Positions 26,903 to 39,343 of a stretch of 64,000 bases of DNA are shown one piece after another. The DNA lies in contig JBEKBH010000001.1 of the NCBI GenBank assembly GCA_050015495.1, positions 28,284 to 92,283 on the forward strand, given 5' to 3'. Under the pieces are notes generated by a model, which worked only from the letters and a program-made list of their open reading frames with translations, did no database searches and was not told where the DNA came from. The stretch is from Verrucomicrobiia bacterium (lineage in GTDB: Bacteria; Verrucomicrobiota; Verrucomicrobiia; Palsa-1439). How positions within the stretch are numbered: position 1 is the first letter of the stretch; the number at the start of each line of letters is the position of its first letter. The translations under genes and the position numbers were made by a program.

Positions 26903-27553
26903 GTGAAACACGATATCCGCGCGGTGCTCTTCGACCTGGATGGGACGTTGGCCGATACGCTGGCTGATCTGGCCAACGCGACCAATTGGGCGCTTCAGCA
27001 GGTCGGTTGCCCCACCCATCCGACCGACAGTTACCGCTACAGGGTCGGCGACGGCGCGCGCGAACTCTGCGCCCGCGCGTTGCCCGCGGACAAGCAGGGT
27101 TTGGCCGATGAAGTCCTGCGGCTGATGCGGCAGCGGTACGACGAGCATTGTTTCGACCTCACGCGGTTGTATCCGGGGATTACCGAATTGGTCTCGGCCC
27201 TCACGCAACGACGCCTCCGGCTGGCGGTGCTGTCCAACAAACCCGACGAGTTCACCAAACGGGTGATCGCGCATTATTTCCAGCCGGTGCCGTTTGCCAT
27301 CGTGCGCGGACAGTTGCCCAACGTCCCGCTGAAGCCTGACCCGACCGCCGCACTCCAGATCGCGCGGGAACTCAGGATCCCGCCCACGCACTGGTTGTAT
27401 CTCGGCGACACCAACACCGACATGCGCACCGCGCGCGCCGCGGGAATGCATCCCGTTGGCGTGCTCTGGGGTTTTCGCGACCGCGACGAGTTGGTGGCCA
27501 GCGGCGCGGAGCACATCGTGGCGAAACCAGGCGACGTGCTCGATTTGTTGTAG
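26903..27553 (+). CDS. HAD-superfamily hydrolase (phosphoglycolate phosphatase-like)
   Basis: The protein begins VKHDIRAVLFDLDGTLADT, which is HAD motif I (DxDGT). The block LAVLSNK is motif II and YLGDTNTDMRTARAAG is motif III/IV. The start is probably GTG at 26903, and an upstream ATG at 26801 is an alternative. Confidence 0.7.
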   Translation: MKHDIRAVLFDLDGTLADTLADLANATNWALQQVGCPTHPTDSYRYRVGDGARELCARALPADKQGLADEVLRLMRQRYDEHCFDLTRLYPGITELVSALTQRRLRLAVLSNKPDEFTKRVIAHYFQPVPFAIVRGQLPNVPLKPDPTAALQIARELRIPPTHWLYLGDTNTDMRTARAAGMHPVGVLWGFRDRDELVASGAEHIVAKPGDVLDLL

Positions 27554-27631
27554 GGACAGCGGAAAAGCGAAAGGGACGCCCCGCTTCCGCGAGACGCCCC
27601 TTCGCGTGAATGCTACAAGCTGATTGTCGAA

Positions 27632-27976
27632 TTAACGACGACCGCGACCGCCGCCACCACCGAAGTCGCGCTTGCCGCCACGACCGCCGCCGCCACCGCC
27701 GCCGCCGAAGTCGCCGCGGGGACGTTCCTCGCGCGGACGCGCCTCATTGACGGTCAGGGCGCGGCCATCGATTTCCTTGCCGTTGAAATCGGTGACGGCC
27801 TTGTTCGCTTCTTCCTGCGTCCCCATCTGGACGAACGCAAAGCCGCGGGACTTGCCCGTGAACTTGTCCATGATGAGTTCGCAACTGACCACGTTGCCCG
27901 CCTGCTTGAACAGGTCGAGAATCTGCCCCTCGGTCGTGTTGAACGAGAGGTTGCCTACGAATAACTTGGTTGCCAT
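27632..27976 (-). CDS. RRM-type RNA-binding protein with Gly/Arg-rich C-terminal tail
   Basis: The block KLFVGNLSF is the RNP2 motif and KSRGFAFVQM is the RNP1 motif. The C-terminus is GGGGGGGRGGKRDFGGGGGRGRR. Confidence 0.9.
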   Translation of the reverse strand: MATKLFVGNLSFNTTEGQILDLFKQAGNVVSCELIMDKFTGKSRGFAFVQMGTQEEANKAVTDFNGKEIDGRALTVNEARPREERPRGDFGGGGGGGGRGGKRDFGGGGGRGRR

Positions 27977-28122
27977 ACTGGGTTTCTTGGTATCCTTCTG
28001 CTGCGGTAGGAGGTCTCAGTGACTGTTCCCGCTCGTCGGGTTTCGGACTGCCACCTTAGCAAACGAGGCTGACTGACATTCCACCAATCTCACTGCGGCG
28101 TCTTCCATTGCTAGCGACAAAA

Positions 28123-28150
28123 AGCATAGGCTAGATTCCCGAAATTGCAA
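28123..28150 (-). promoter_or_regulatory. Candidate sigma70-type promoter for the RRM-protein gene (-35 TTGCAA, 16-nt spacer, -10 TATGCT on the minus strand)
   Basis: The minus-strand reading is ttgcaatttcgggaatctagcctatgct. This implies a 5' leader of roughly 140 nt for the RRM gene. It is a pattern match only. Confidence 0.3.
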
Positions 28151-28311
28151 CAAGATTTTGGCTGTCGCAACTGGCTGCCCCACAACTTGTTTCGCCAGTC
28201 CTACCCCCGGATTCGGCGAGCACAAACCCACAACGGAAACCCAGACGGACGCCCGCCGACACCGACGGCCTCGCCAGATTTCGGTGGATTTGCCGACAAA
28301 AACTTCCTATC

Positions 28312-29490
28312 GTGGCGGTCGTGTTCCGAAGCTTTCGCGGCCTTATACGCCTTCTGCTGGCCATTCAGTTGACCTGCGGAATCGCCGCAGGCGTGGAAGC
28401 CGCTACGCCACATCCTGACACGAATACCTGCTTCGTCTACTTCGGCACTTACACCCGCGCGCAGAGCAAAGGGATTTATGTGTGCCGCTTGGACACGACC
28501 ACGGGCGCGCTGACACCGCCCGCGCTGGCGGTTGCCACCGCCAACCCCTCGTTCCTCGCGCTCGACCCGAACCATCAGTTTCTGTATTCGTGCGGCGCAA
28601 TCAGCAGCATGTCGAACGGCCTCGTGAATGCGTTTCGCGTCGACAACCAGACGGGAACGTTGACGTTCCTCAACCAGCAACCCTCCGCCGGTCTCGGTCC
28701 GTGCCACCTCGCGGTGGACGCGTCGAGCCGGTGCGTTCTGGTGGCGAACTACGGCAACGGCAGCATCGCCGCGTTGCCGATTCATGCCGATGGATCGCTC
28801 GGCCCGCCGGCGACGACGATTCAGCATCACGGCTCGAGCGTTAATCCGCAGCGGCAACAAGGCCCGCACGCCCACTGCGTTGGGTTCGATCCCGCCAACC
28901 GTCGCGCGTTCTGCGCCGACCTCGGCCTGGACAAAGTTCTCGTCTACCGGTTCGATCCCGCGACCGCCACGCTCACGCCCAACGATCCGCCATGTGGTGT
29001 GGTCAAGCCCGGCGCGGGTGCGCGCCATTTCGTTTTCGGTCCTAATGGCCGCCGCGTCTACGTCATCAATGAAATCCAATCGACGATCACCGCGTTCGAC
29101 TACGATCCGCAACGGGGTTCGCTCACCGAATTCCAGACCGTCCCCACGCTCCCCGAGACATTCACCGGAACCAACACCGCCGCCGAGATCGCCATTCATC
29201 CCAACGGTAAATTCCTCTACGGTTCCAATCGCGGTGACAACAGCGTCGTGGTCTACGCCATCGACGACGCGACCGGCAAGCTTGCGTTCGTCGAGCGTCA
29301 ATCCACCTTGGGGAAAACCCCGCGTATGTTCGCCATCGATCCCACTGGAAAATTCCTCCTCGCCGCCAATCAGGATTCCAACACGATCGTCGAATTTCGC
29401 ATCGACCCGGTCACCGGCCGTCTCACTCCCACCGGCCAATCCATCGAGGTCTCCCTGCCCTGCTGCGTTGTGTTTGTGACGATGGAGTAG
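28312..29490 (+). CDS. Secreted 6-phosphogluconolactonase-like / lactonase 7-bladed beta-propeller protein (3-carboxymuconate-cyclase family)
   Basis: The N-terminus is signal-like. Repeated blocks FLYSCG, LVANYGNGSIAALP, FCADLGLDKVLVY, VYVINEIQSTITAF, FLYGSNRGDNSVVVYAID and FLLAANQDSNTIVEF are typical of the Pgl/lactonase propeller family. Confidence 0.7.
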   Translation: MAVVFRSFRGLIRLLLAIQLTCGIAAGVEAATPHPDTNTCFVYFGTYTRAQSKGIYVCRLDTTTGALTPPALAVATANPSFLALDPNHQFLYSCGAISSMSNGLVNAFRVDNQTGTLTFLNQQPSAGLGPCHLAVDASSRCVLVANYGNGSIAALPIHADGSLGPPATTIQHHGSSVNPQRQQGPHAHCVGFDPANRRAFCADLGLDKVLVYRFDPATATLTPNDPPCGVVKPGAGARHFVFGPNGRRVYVINEIQSTITAFDYDPQRGSLTEFQTVPTLPETFTGTNTAAEIAIHPNGKFLYGSNRGDNSVVVYAIDDATGKLAFVERQSTLGKTPRMFAIDPTGKFLLAANQDSNTIVEFRIDPVTGRLTPTGQSIEVSLPCCVVFVTME

Positions 29491-29493
29491 CGA

Positions 29494-30255
29494 TCAGTGG
29501 CCTTGGAGTTTGGCGGCTTGGGCGAAATCCTCATCCGCTCCCATCTGATCCCCCTTGGTTTTCTTGGCATTGCCACGTCCGAGGTAGGCTTCGGCATGTT
29601 TTGGATCGAGTTCGATGGCCTTCGAGTAGTCGGCTAGAGCTCCGTCCAAATCGCCCTTTTTTACTTTAGCGACGCCACGCTTGAAGTAAGCGTTGGCGTC
29701 TTTGGGGTGAAGCTCAATAGCTCTTGTGTAGTCAACGATGGCACCATTTGGATTGCCACTGATACCACCCATATCGCCCTTGGCCATCTCGCCACTGAAG
29801 AAGTCCTCAATGGCTCCCGCTTGATCGCCCTTTGCTTTCTTGACCTCGCCACGGCTGAGGTAGGCAACAGGGACTCTTGGGTTGAGTTCAATGGTTTTGG
29901 AGTAGTCGGCTATGGCACCATCCAGATCGCCCTTGGACACTTTCGCATGGCCCCGTTGAGCATAAGCGGTGGAATTTCTTGGGTTGACTTCGATGGCTTT
30001 CGTGAAGTCAGTGACGGCGCCATCCAAATCGCCCTTGTGTCTCTTGATAACGCCACGGCTAACGTAGGCGAAGTCGTATTTCGGATTAAGTTCAATGGCC
30101 TTTGTGAAATCAGCGATGGCACCATCCCAATCGCCGGTTTCTACCTTCACCTGACCACTACCGACAAGCTGCTCTGCGGTCTGTTGGCCGAACGCGATGC
30201 CCGTCAGTGTCAAAGCAAACAGAATCAGGAAGGTTGTGCGGAATCTGGCTGACAT
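29494..30255 (-). CDS. Secreted TPR-repeat protein
   Basis: A signal peptide is followed by about six repeats of the type DxDGAIADFTKAIELNPKYAxAYxxRG. Confidence 0.8.
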   Translation of the reverse strand: MSARFRTTFLILFALTLTGIAFGQQTAEQLVGSGQVKVETGDWDGAIADFTKAIELNPKYDFAYVSRGVIKRHKGDLDGAVTDFTKAIEVNPRNSTAYAQRGHAKVSKGDLDGAIADYSKTIELNPRVPVAYLSRGEVKKAKGDQAGAIEDFFSGEMAKGDMGGISGNPNGAIVDYTRAIELHPKDANAYFKRGVAKVKKGDLDGALADYSKAIELDPKHAEAYLGRGNAKKTKGDQMGADEDFAQAAKLQGH

Positions 30256-30314
30256 AACATTCCTTTCGCCGGTTGTCCTGCTGATCCGCTCAAACCCGCG
30301 GCTTCGCGGTCAGA

Positions 30315-31529
30315 CTATTTCTTCTTTTTGCTCAACACCGCCGCTCGCGTCCGCAGACGCAGCGCATTTAACCGGATGAAGCCGGTGGCGTCGGTCTGGT
30401 TGTACGCGCCTTTGTCGGCTTCCATGGTGGCGATGGACGGGTTGTAGAGCGACACGGGACTTTTGCGGCCGGCCGTGATGATGTTGCCCTTGTAGAGCTT
30501 CAACCGGACCGTGCCCGTGACGTTCTTCTGGCTCTCGGTGACGAATGCCTGGAGCGCCTCGCGTTCGGGACTGAACCAGAATCCGTAGTAGACCAGTTCG
30601 GCGTACCGCGGGATCAGCGAATCCCGCAGGTGCATGACTTCGCGGTCGAGCGTCAACGTCTCGACCTGTCGATGGGCGAAATGCAGGATCGTCCCGCCCG
30701 GCGTTTCGTACACGCCCCGCGATTTCATGCCCACGAACCGGTTCTCGACGAGATCGACCCGGCCGATGCCGTGTTTGCCGCCGAGCTTGTTGAGCGTCCG
30801 CAAGACATTGGCGGGCGACAACGCTTTGCCATTGACCGCCACGCAGTCGCCCGATTCGAACTCGAGTTCGATGTACTCGGGCTTCTTCGGGGCGTCCTCG
30901 GGCGACACGGTGAGCTTGAACATGTCTTTCGGCGGCTCGACCCACGGGTCTTCGAGGATGCCGCTCTCGAACGAAATGTGCAGGAGATTGCGGTCCATCG
31001 AATACGGCTTTTTCGCGCTCGCCTCGACCTTGATCCCCTTCTTGGCGCAATAGGCGAGCATCTCTGCCCGGCCCTTGAACCGATTGTGGTACTCGGGCAA
31101 CCGCCACGGCGCAATGATTTTCAAATCAGGCGCGAGCGCGGCATAGGTGAACTCGAACCGGCACTGGTCGTTGCCCTTCCCTGTCGCGCCGTGGGCCACG
31201 GTGTCGGCGTGTTCCTGTCGCGCGATCTCGACCTGCGCCTTGGCGATCAGCGGCCGGGCGATGCTGGTGCCGAGATAATACTGGCTCTCGTAGATCGCTC
31301 CCGCCTGGACCATCGGAAAAATAAAATCGCGCGCGAATTCCTCGACGAGATCGAGCGCGTAGAACTTGCTCGCGCCGGTGGCCCAGGCTTTCTTGTCGAG
31401 GCCCTTGAGTTCCTCTTCCTGGCCGATGTCGGCGCAGTACGCGACAACCTCGCACCGGTAGGTTTCTTTCAACCAATGCAAAATGACCGACGTATCCAGT
31501 CCGCCTGAGTAAGCAACAACGATTTTCAT
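30315..31529 (-). CDS. argG: Argininosuccinate synthase ArgG
   Basis: The protein begins [15 protein letters not shown], an ATP PPi-loop. The block [13 protein letters not shown] is also present. The track ORF has an 82-aa upstream extension that I reject, with the ATG at rc 31527-31529. Confidence 0.95.
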   Translation of the reverse strand: MKIVVAYSGGLDTSVILHWLKETYRCEVVAYCADIGQEEELKGLDKKAWATGASKFYALDLVEEFARDFIFPMVQAGAIYESQYYLGTSIARPLIAKAQVEIARQEHADTVAHGATGKGNDQCRFEFTYAALAPDLKIIAPWRLPEYHNRFKGRAEMLAYCAKKGIKVEASAKKPYSMDRNLLHISFESGILEDPWVEPPKDMFKLTVSPEDAPKKPEYIELEFESGDCVAVNGKALSPANVLRTLNKLGGKHGIGRVDLVENRFVGMKSRGVYETPGGTILHFAHRQVETLTLDREVMHLRDSLIPRYAELVYYGFWFSPEREALQAFVTESQKNVTGTVRLKLYKGNIITAGRKSPVSLYNPSIATMEADKGAYNQTDATGFIRLNALRLRTRAAVLSKKKK

Positions 31530-31717
31530 AAGGCCGAACCTTGTACGGCTGTTTGCGGCAAAAATCACGACAAATCTCGACTCCCCCGGCGTCAGGCGTC
31601 CAGTCGTCGAGCCGCAAAAAGCTTGATGGCGCGGGCAGAATCGCCAACCACCGTTGGTCATCGCAAGCAATGCGTTTGCTTGCATAACTCCGCCAAATCT
31701 GGCATGGGAATCCCTCC

Positions 31718-33448
31718 ATGAAGTCACGCCTGCCGTTGATTGCCTTCGCGTTGCTCCTGCTTGTGATGGCGGCATTGATGTTTGGGGCGACGCGACGAGA
31801 CAGCGCCACTGTGGACGAGACCACCCATCTGAGCGCCGGTTATATACTTTGGCAGGGCTATCATTACCGTCTCATGCCCGATCACTCGCCTGCAGACCAA
31901 CTGCTCCCCAGCCTCCCGCTGTTGGCGATGGACATACGCCTGTCCGACAACGCGAAAGCCCTCCTCAGCAAACAGGCCGGATATCCCTGGACGCTCACTT
32001 GGGACTGTCAAATGCAGGCTCTGAACACGCTGTTTCCCCAAGGCCGGGACAATTGGTACTTCTGGCCCATGCCAGAGAGCCAATTGTTCGGCCAGATGTT
32101 TGTGTACGACGGCTCGAACGACGCGGATGCCATGATGGTATCCGCGCGCTCGGTACAGGTGGTCCTGACGCTGCTCGCCGGCGTCTTTATTTTTTGGTGG
32201 GCGCGACGGCTGACCGGGCCCATCGCCGCCGTCCTGGCGTTGGCGACATGGGCATTCAACCCGATCATCCTGGCTTACGGGCATTTGATCATCACCGACG
32301 TCGGCGCGATGGTAATGATGCCCGTCGCTGTGTTTGCCCTGGGAAGGTTTGTGGAGGCGCCCACTCGAAGGACAGCCCTATGGGCTGGCGCAACCCTCGC
32401 CGGGGCGCTGGCCATGAAGTACACGTCGCTGACGTTGGGTCCGACTCTGCTCGCGCTGGCTGCCCTCTATCAAGTGAAGCGCCGACCGCCATTGAACCAT
32501 TGGAAATCGCTGTTGCAACACTGCGGCTGGGCGGCGCTCGCTGGTTGGCTCGTCCTGATGATCGCCTACCTGCCGGAATGGAAGGTACCGCCGCCGATTG
32601 GTGCCGAGCAGGCGCGTCAACTCGGCGTGCCGGACTGGTTCCAGTCACTGCGCCTGATCCTGATGCCCCGCGATTTCTTCAAGGGACTGGCGCTCAGCAT
32701 CGCCCAGGCCCATCACCCGCGCGAGGCGTATCTCGATGGCCAGTGGCAGGCCGGCGGCTGGTGGTACTACTTCCCCATGGCGTTGTGGCTCAAGACTCCC
32801 ATTCCGCTGTTGATACTCGCCGGCGCGGCCCTCTGGTTGTTGTGTGCCCGAATCCAGAAGCAGGCTTTTGCCGTTCTGGTGCCGTGGTGCGCCATTGCGG
32901 TGTATTTGCTTTTCGCCATTACCAGCAAAGTTGACATCGGAATTCGCCATACCCTGTCCATCTTCCCTCTGCTGGCGGTTGGCATCGCCAGCCAATGGCC
33001 CGCGGTGTCCCGCCGATGGCAACCCGTGGCGTGGGGGTTGGCGGTCTGGCTCGGAATCGAGGCCCTCCTCGCCTATCCGCTTTACATCCAGTACTTCAAC
33101 GAGTTCGCGGGCGGCTCCGAGAACGGATATCGGCACCTGATCGATTCCAACTTTGACTGGGGGCAGGACGCCAACCGGCTGAAGAAATTCCTCGACGACC
33201 GCGGCATCTCGCACATTTATCTCGATTACTTCGGGACGCAGTACAATATCGAGTACCTCAAGATCCCGAATACCCGCGTGAACGCGGATCAGGCGCGTCA
33301 AATCAAGGATGGCTGGCTCGTGGTTTCCGCGTCGGAGTTGATGCGCCCGGAGTGGGCCTGGCTTCGTGAATCGCGGCAGCCGACAGCGCGCGTGGCCGAG
33401 ACGCTGTTCGTCTATCAGGTCAATGGTCAGGCAATCCCCGCCCAATAA
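31718..33448 (+). CDS. Polytopic membrane protein, probable GT-C-type (ArnT/PMT/family-39-like) glycosyltransferase
   Basis: The 576-aa protein has 10 or more hydrophobic helices. The first periplasmic loop carries an acidic motif ([11 protein letters not shown]), as in GT-C enzymes. It has a large C-terminal soluble domain. Confidence 0.55.
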   Translation: MKSRLPLIAFALLLLVMAALMFGATRRDSATVDETTHLSAGYILWQGYHYRLMPDHSPADQLLPSLPLLAMDIRLSDNAKALLSKQAGYPWTLTWDCQMQALNTLFPQGRDNWYFWPMPESQLFGQMFVYDGSNDADAMMVSARSVQVVLTLLAGVFIFWWARRLTGPIAAVLALATWAFNPIILAYGHLIITDVGAMVMMPVAVFALGRFVEAPTRRTALWAGATLAGALAMKYTSLTLGPTLLALAALYQVKRRPPLNHWKSLLQHCGWAALAGWLVLMIAYLPEWKVPPPIGAEQARQLGVPDWFQSLRLILMPRDFFKGLALSIAQAHHPREAYLDGQWQAGGWWYYFPMALWLKTPIPLLILAGAALWLLCARIQKQAFAVLVPWCAIAVYLLFAITSKVDIGIRHTLSIFPLLAVGIASQWPAVSRRWQPVAWGLAVWLGIEALLAYPLYIQYFNEFAGGSENGYRHLIDSNFDWGQDANRLKKFLDDRGISHIYLDYFGTQYNIEYLKIPNTRVNADQARQIKDGWLVVSASELMRPEWAWLRESRQPTARVAETLFVYQVNGQAIPAQ

Positions 33449-33532
33449 GCCTGCCCGGTTCGTCTCGGTTCGGGAGCAGACGCAGGGGCAGCGCTCCAGC
33501 AATCATCATCACCCAAATGGAAGAAGGCCGCG

Positions 33533-35017
33533 CTACGGAGCGAGGGGGACGGATTCGCGCCGCCGAAACACGAACATGTTGTTCTCGTTCAGGATCAATT
33601 GATAATTCGTATTCGTGTAATAGGACATCACCAGATCGCGGGTGACCGCCTCCTCGGGAAACCGGCGTTCGTTCCCGTCGAGAATGACATAATCAAGGTC
33701 GTACATTTTCTCCTGCGGCCACAGTTCCACCATCGGATGCCGCGGGTTAAACAGTAATTGGAGCAAGGCGAAGCGCCGGTCCGCAAGATGCGCCCGCATG
33801 GTCACCGGCGACAGGACCGATGCGTCCCGCGGAATGAGCGCCAACACTTTTTGCATCGTCTCCGCGTAGGGAGTCGAGAAGTAGTCCCCGATGTTGAGCC
33901 AGAGAAACCAACTGGAGATCGACAGCACGCAGATGCTGAAAGCGATGCCCGCCTGCGAGGGCAGCCAGCGCCATTTGTTGTCCGCCAGCGCCGACAGCCG
34001 GCGCACTCCGTAAACGGCCGCCACGCACAGCAACGCGCCCGACGTCGGGTTGTAATGCCACGGGATCACCCGAAAGGCCTGTTCGTTGACCACCAAGCTG
34101 ATTCCCAGGCTCGGCAACGCAAAGAGGATTTCCCAGCAAAGCAACGGCGCCACCCACAGCAACGGTTGCAGCATCTCGATCAGATACACCCCGCGATCCA
34201 GGTCCCAGACCTGCGCCACCACCCGCCACGGCTGCGTCAGACACGTCTTGATCAACTCGCCGGGCGTATTGCCCAGGTCCCCAAAATAGTGCGCCACGAT
34301 ATACCCATGGGCCCCCGCAAAATGCGGAATCACCACGGTGAAGATGAACATCCCGTACGCGATCGCCATGGCGATGGGCGTAACGATCCATTTGATCCCG
34401 CGACGGCGGACGGCCGCATACACGCCAAACATCCCCGTCGTCAGCGGCATGCTCTCTTGTCCCGTCATCGCGAGCAGCGCAAACACCACAAACGGCCAGA
34501 ATCGTTCTTGTTCGAGGAAGTAGACGGCGGCAATCACATAGGGCAACGCCCAGTACTCCCAATGAATCTGGTTGACGTGGTTGGTGACAACCGTCGGGTA
34601 AAAGAGAAAGGCAATCGTCATCAGCCACGCCCCGCGATCCGTCTCCAATACTTTTCGTGCCAGGAAGAAAAAGGGGACGCCCGCCGCCGCAATCACGATG
34701 GATTGGAGCAGCAGCAACGTGTAGGCGCTGGGAACCAGCCAGTAGGCGGGCAGCGCCGCCAGTATGGCCGGTGTTACATGCACGCCAAAGTGGCTCATGC
34801 CCACGTCGGTGGCGTAGAAGAACCGCCCATGCAGCGTGTTCCAGAACGCGTTGATGATGACCGAGATGTCACCGGAAGCGGAGTTCATCGCGCCGTACTT
34901 GCGCGCGGCCAGCGCGAAAAACCCGAGGGCATACAACCCGAGAAACACCAACAGCCGCCGCAAGGGTGGAGGCGGCAGTTTGTCGAACGCGGGTCGCGCC
35001 GTCGGCTCGGTCTTCAT
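33533..35017 (-). CDS. DUF2079-family polytopic membrane protein (putative glycan-processing membrane enzyme)
   Basis: The motif NAFWNTLHGRFF and multiple TM helices are present. The ATG at rc 35015-35017 overlaps the stop of the upstream GT2 gene (ATGA). Confidence 0.6.
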   Translation of the reverse strand: MKTEPTARPAFDKLPPPPLRRLLVFLGLYALGFFALAARKYGAMNSASGDISVIINAFWNTLHGRFFYATDVGMSHFGVHVTPAILAALPAYWLVPSAYTLLLLQSIVIAAAGVPFFFLARKVLETDRGAWLMTIAFLFYPTVVTNHVNQIHWEYWALPYVIAAVYFLEQERFWPFVVFALLAMTGQESMPLTTGMFGVYAAVRRRGIKWIVTPIAMAIAYGMFIFTVVIPHFAGAHGYIVAHYFGDLGNTPGELIKTCLTQPWRVVAQVWDLDRGVYLIEMLQPLLWVAPLLCWEILFALPSLGISLVVNEQAFRVIPWHYNPTSGALLCVAAVYGVRRLSALADNKWRWLPSQAGIAFSICVLSISSWFLWLNIGDYFSTPYAETMQKVLALIPRDASVLSPVTMRAHLADRRFALLQLLFNPRHPMVELWPQEKMYDLDYVILDGNERRFPEEAVTRDLVMSYYTNTNYQLILNENNMFVFRRRESVPLAP

Positions 35018-35787
35018 GAGGGTTTGGCGGCCATCTTTGTATAACGCGCCCGCAAACTGATGAACTGTCGACCGGGAATGATCTTCCACTTGTACAGCAG
35101 GAACCGCGCAGTCAACGTGAGTATCTTCAGACCGTACACGACGCTGGCTGTAAAACTCGCCGACGACGCCTCGGGAAAATACCGCGTCGGCACGCCAATC
35201 TCGGCGATGCGGAACCGCGCCGCCACAACCTGGGCGATGATTTCCTGGTCGAAAATGAATCCATCGGAATCAATCGAGTAGTTGACCGATTCGAGGACCT
35301 CCTTGCGAAACGCCCGATAGCCGGTGTGAAATTCGGAGAGATCCAACCCGAAAGTCGTGTTCTCCACCCAGGTCAGAAACCGGTTCGAGAAGTATTTCCA
35401 CCACGGCATCCCCTGCTGCAGCGCCGTGCCCCCCTTGAGCCGCGAGCCCAGAACGACGTCCGCCTCTCCCCTGCTGATCGGTTCCACGATCTGCGGCACC
35501 AGCCGGGGGTCATATTGATAATCCGGATGCACCATCACCACGATGTCCGCACCCGCCTTCAACGCTTCCGTATAGCAGGTCTTTTGGTTGGCGCCGTACC
35601 CGTAATTCCGATCGTGCATGAACACTTCCAGGTTCAGCTCACGCGCAATCTTCAATGTCTCGTCCGTCGAACCGTCGTCCACCAAAATCACCGTGCTCAC
35701 CGTGTCCTTGGGCAGTTCTTCGTACGTCATCCGCAACGTGCGGCCGGCGTTATAGGCGGGCATGACGACAATGACCTTGGGTTTCAT
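35014..35787 (-). CDS. Family 2 glycosyltransferase (dolichyl/polyprenyl-phosphate sugar transferase-like)
   Basis: The protein begins MKPKVIVVMPAYNAGRT. The DxD region LVDDGSTDET and the blocks YGYGANQK and VVLGSR are present. Confidence 0.85.
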   Translation of the reverse strand: MKPKVIVVMPAYNAGRTLRMTYEELPKDTVSTVILVDDGSTDETLKIARELNLEVFMHDRNYGYGANQKTCYTEALKAGADIVVMVHPDYQYDPRLVPQIVEPISRGEADVVLGSRLKGGTALQQGMPWWKYFSNRFLTWVENTTFGLDLSEFHTGYRAFRKEVLESVNYSIDSDGFIFDQEIIAQVVAARFRIAEIGVPTRYFPEASSASFTASVVYGLKILTLTARFLLYKWKIIPGRQFISLRARYTKMAAKPS

Positions 35788-36536
35788 GACATCTTCCTCG
35801 GATGTGCTAGCGCGACAAATTGAAAGCCGAACATGGTTTTCCAGCCCCTCGTGACCATCGCGTTAAACGCCTGCAACGTCCACAACCACCGGCCATGGTA
35901 CCGCCTGGGCACCACCAGAAACAGCGGCACGGGCGTCCCGACGATCCACTCGTACTCCAGTCCCGCCTCGCTCAGGAACCGGCGGAAGGAGGAGAGGGTG
36001 AAGAACCGCAGGTGGGTCCGGTCCAATATCCCGCGGTCGGCGTATTCGTATCGGCCCAACAACAAGTTCAGCCGCACCCACAAATGCGCCATATTGGGCA
36101 CCGAAACGATCACCTGGCCTCCCGGTCGCAAGCAGCGATTGAACCCGGTGAATACTTCCATGGGGTTTCTCAGATGTTCCAAGATGTCACCGTACACGAT
36201 CACGTCAAACTGTCCGTTCAGTTGCGGCAACGGCTTGTCCAAATCCGCCACAATCATTTCATGACACTTGTCTTTGCCCAGCGCCGCCAATTCCGGGCTG
36301 CCCTCGACACACGTCACCTCGAATCCGCGCTCGGTAAACCTCTGGGCCAGTACGCCTTGTGCCGAGCCTACATCCAGCAGCCGTTTCCCCTTCCCATCCC
36401 CGACACTCCGTAAAATGACCGAATGGCTCGAATACGGGTCGTCCACCTTGGATTGGTAGGTGAGCCGCGCCGTCGGATAATAAGCGTCGGCACGTGGCTG
36501 GGTCTCGTTTCGCTCACCGCTTTTCCCCACGGACAT
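35784..36536 (-). CDS. Class I SAM-dependent methyltransferase
   Basis: The block LLDVGSAQGVLA is motif I and VIVYGDILEHL is motif II/III. The gene overlaps the GT2 start by 4 nt. Confidence 0.8.
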   Translation of the reverse strand: MSVGKSGERNETQPRADAYYPTARLTYQSKVDDPYSSHSVILRSVGDGKGKRLLDVGSAQGVLAQRFTERGFEVTCVEGSPELAALGKDKCHEMIVADLDKPLPQLNGQFDVIVYGDILEHLRNPMEVFTGFNRCLRPGGQVIVSVPNMAHLWVRLNLLLGRYEYADRGILDRTHLRFFTLSSFRRFLSEAGLEYEWIVGTPVPLFLVVPRRYHGRWLWTLQAFNAMVTRGWKTMFGFQFVALAHPRKMS

Positions 36537-36686
36537 ACAAGTGTAAAGAGCCGCAACGGGAATCCAAAGTCAAGCACCATGATTCGGTCAACCGGCCAGC
36601 GTTGACTTGAGCCAGCCGCTTGGCTACTCTCCCGCGCCATGACACCGAACCAGTTCGCGGCATCGCGGCCGCTCTAGGAATCCGCC

Positions 36687-37438
36687 ATGAAAGGCATTAT
36701 TCTCGCCGGTGGTTTGGGCACGCGGCTCGCGCCCTTGACCAAGATCACCAACAAGCATCTTCTGCCGATTTACGACAAGCCGATGATTTTCTATCCCATC
36801 AAGACCCTCGTCGATGCGGGCGTGCGCGACCTGCTTATCGTCACCGGCGGCAATAACGCGGGCGACTTCCTGCGGTTGCTCGGGAACGGCAGCGCCTTCA
36901 GTCTTCCCCACATCAACTACACCTATCAGGAAGGCGAAGGCGGGATCGCCGACGCGCTGCGGTTGGCGGAACACTTCGCCGAGCGGCAGAAGATCGTCGT
37001 CATGCTCGGCGATAACGTCATTGAGAAGGACATTCGCCAGGGCGTCGCGGCGTTTCGCAAGCAGAAGCGCGGGGCCCGCGTCTACCTCAAGGAAGTGGCC
37101 AATCCCCGCGCGTACGGTGTCGCCGAGTTGCGCGGCCAGCATATCGTCAGCATCGTCGAGAAGCCGACCCGTCCGAAATCCAATCTCGCGGTGATCGGCA
37201 TCTACATGTACGACCCCGCCGTCTTCGATATCATCCGTACCTTGAAACCGTCCGGCCGCGGCGAACTCGAAATCACCGACGTCAACAATGCCTACATCAA
37301 ACGGCGCCAACTGTCCTACGATGTCCTCGACGGCTGGTGGGCGGACGCCGGTGCTTCTCACGAGAAACTTTTGGAAACCAGCCTGCTCGTGGCCCAACGC
37401 GACGGCATGAAACTCAGCGTGTCGCGAGGAAAGACCTG

Positions 37439-37439
<1 letters not shown>
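36687..37439 (+). CDS. rmlA: Glucose-1-phosphate thymidylyltransferase (short-form RmlA/RfbA-like sugar nucleotidyltransferase)
   Basis: The protein begins MKGIILAGGLGTRLAPLT. The blocks KHLLPIYDKPMIFYPI, VMLGDN, EKP and GIYMYD are present. Confidence 0.8.
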
Positions 37440-38439
<1,000 letters not shown>

Positions 38440-38443
<4 letters not shown>

Positions 38444-39327
38444 AAGTTCTCCTCACGGGAGCCGTCGGGTTCATCGGTTCGCATATCACGCGCGAGTTGG
38501 TGCATCAGGGTCACGAGGTGCACGCCCTTGTGCTGCCGGGAATCGACCGCTCGCGCATCGCCGACGTGGCCGCGTCGGTCCGCTTTATCGAAGCCGATTT
38601 GCTGGCTCCTTCCATCGCCCTTCCGGACTGGCGGTTTGACGTGTGTATCCACCTGGCGTGGTACGTCGAGCCGGGCAAATATCTTCACGCCCCGCAAAAT
38701 CAGGAGTGGGTCGGCGCCAGCTTGCAACTGGCGCGGCGGCTCAAAGAGGAAGGCTGTCAACGTTTCATCGGGGCTGGCACGTGCTTCGAGTATGCGACGA
38801 GCGACCCACCTCAGAGCGAATCCACGCCGACGGCTCCCGCCACCGTGTACGCGCAGTCGAAGCTCGACCTGTTTCAGGCGCTTCCCTCGACCGGGATCGA
38901 TTTTGCGTGGGTGCGCATCTTCTACCAGTACGGTCCCTACGAAGACCAGCGGCGGCTGGTGCCGGTCGTGATCAACAAGCTCCGGCAGGGCCAGGAGGCC
39001 AGGCTCGTGACCGGCGACCGACTTCGCGACTACCTGCACATCGAAGACGTCGCCAGCGCCATCTGCGCCGTGGCGCAAAGCGAGCTGACCGGAGCCGTCA
39101 ACATCGGCAGTGGCGTGCGCGCCACCGTACGCGATATCGCGCTGAAAATCGGCGAGTTGCTGGACCGTGTCGATTTGATCAAGCTGGGCGCCTTCCCCGA
39201 TTCCCCGACCGAACCCATGCACATCCTCGCCGACAACTCGAAACTCCGCGAAGGCACCGGCTGGAAGCCCCGGTACAACCTTGAAGATGGCCTCCGCCAG
39301 ACGATTGACTGGTGGAAAAGCCGGTAG
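38440..39327 (+). CDS. NAD-dependent epimerase/dehydratase family protein
   Basis: The GTG start overlaps the rmlB stop. The Rossmann motif is VKVLLTGAVGFIGSHI and the catalytic YAQSK is present. The specific reaction is uncertain. Confidence 0.75.
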
Positions 39328-39343
39328 ACGCGGGGCCGCTGGG

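Noticed and set aside
27554-27631. Possible terminator hairpin between the HAD hydrolase gene and the RRM-protein gene (gcgaaaggg...cccttcgc)
   Set aside because: The stem needs a bulge and a 22-nt loop, and there is no clear U-tract. It is too weak to call, although convergent genes here do need termination.
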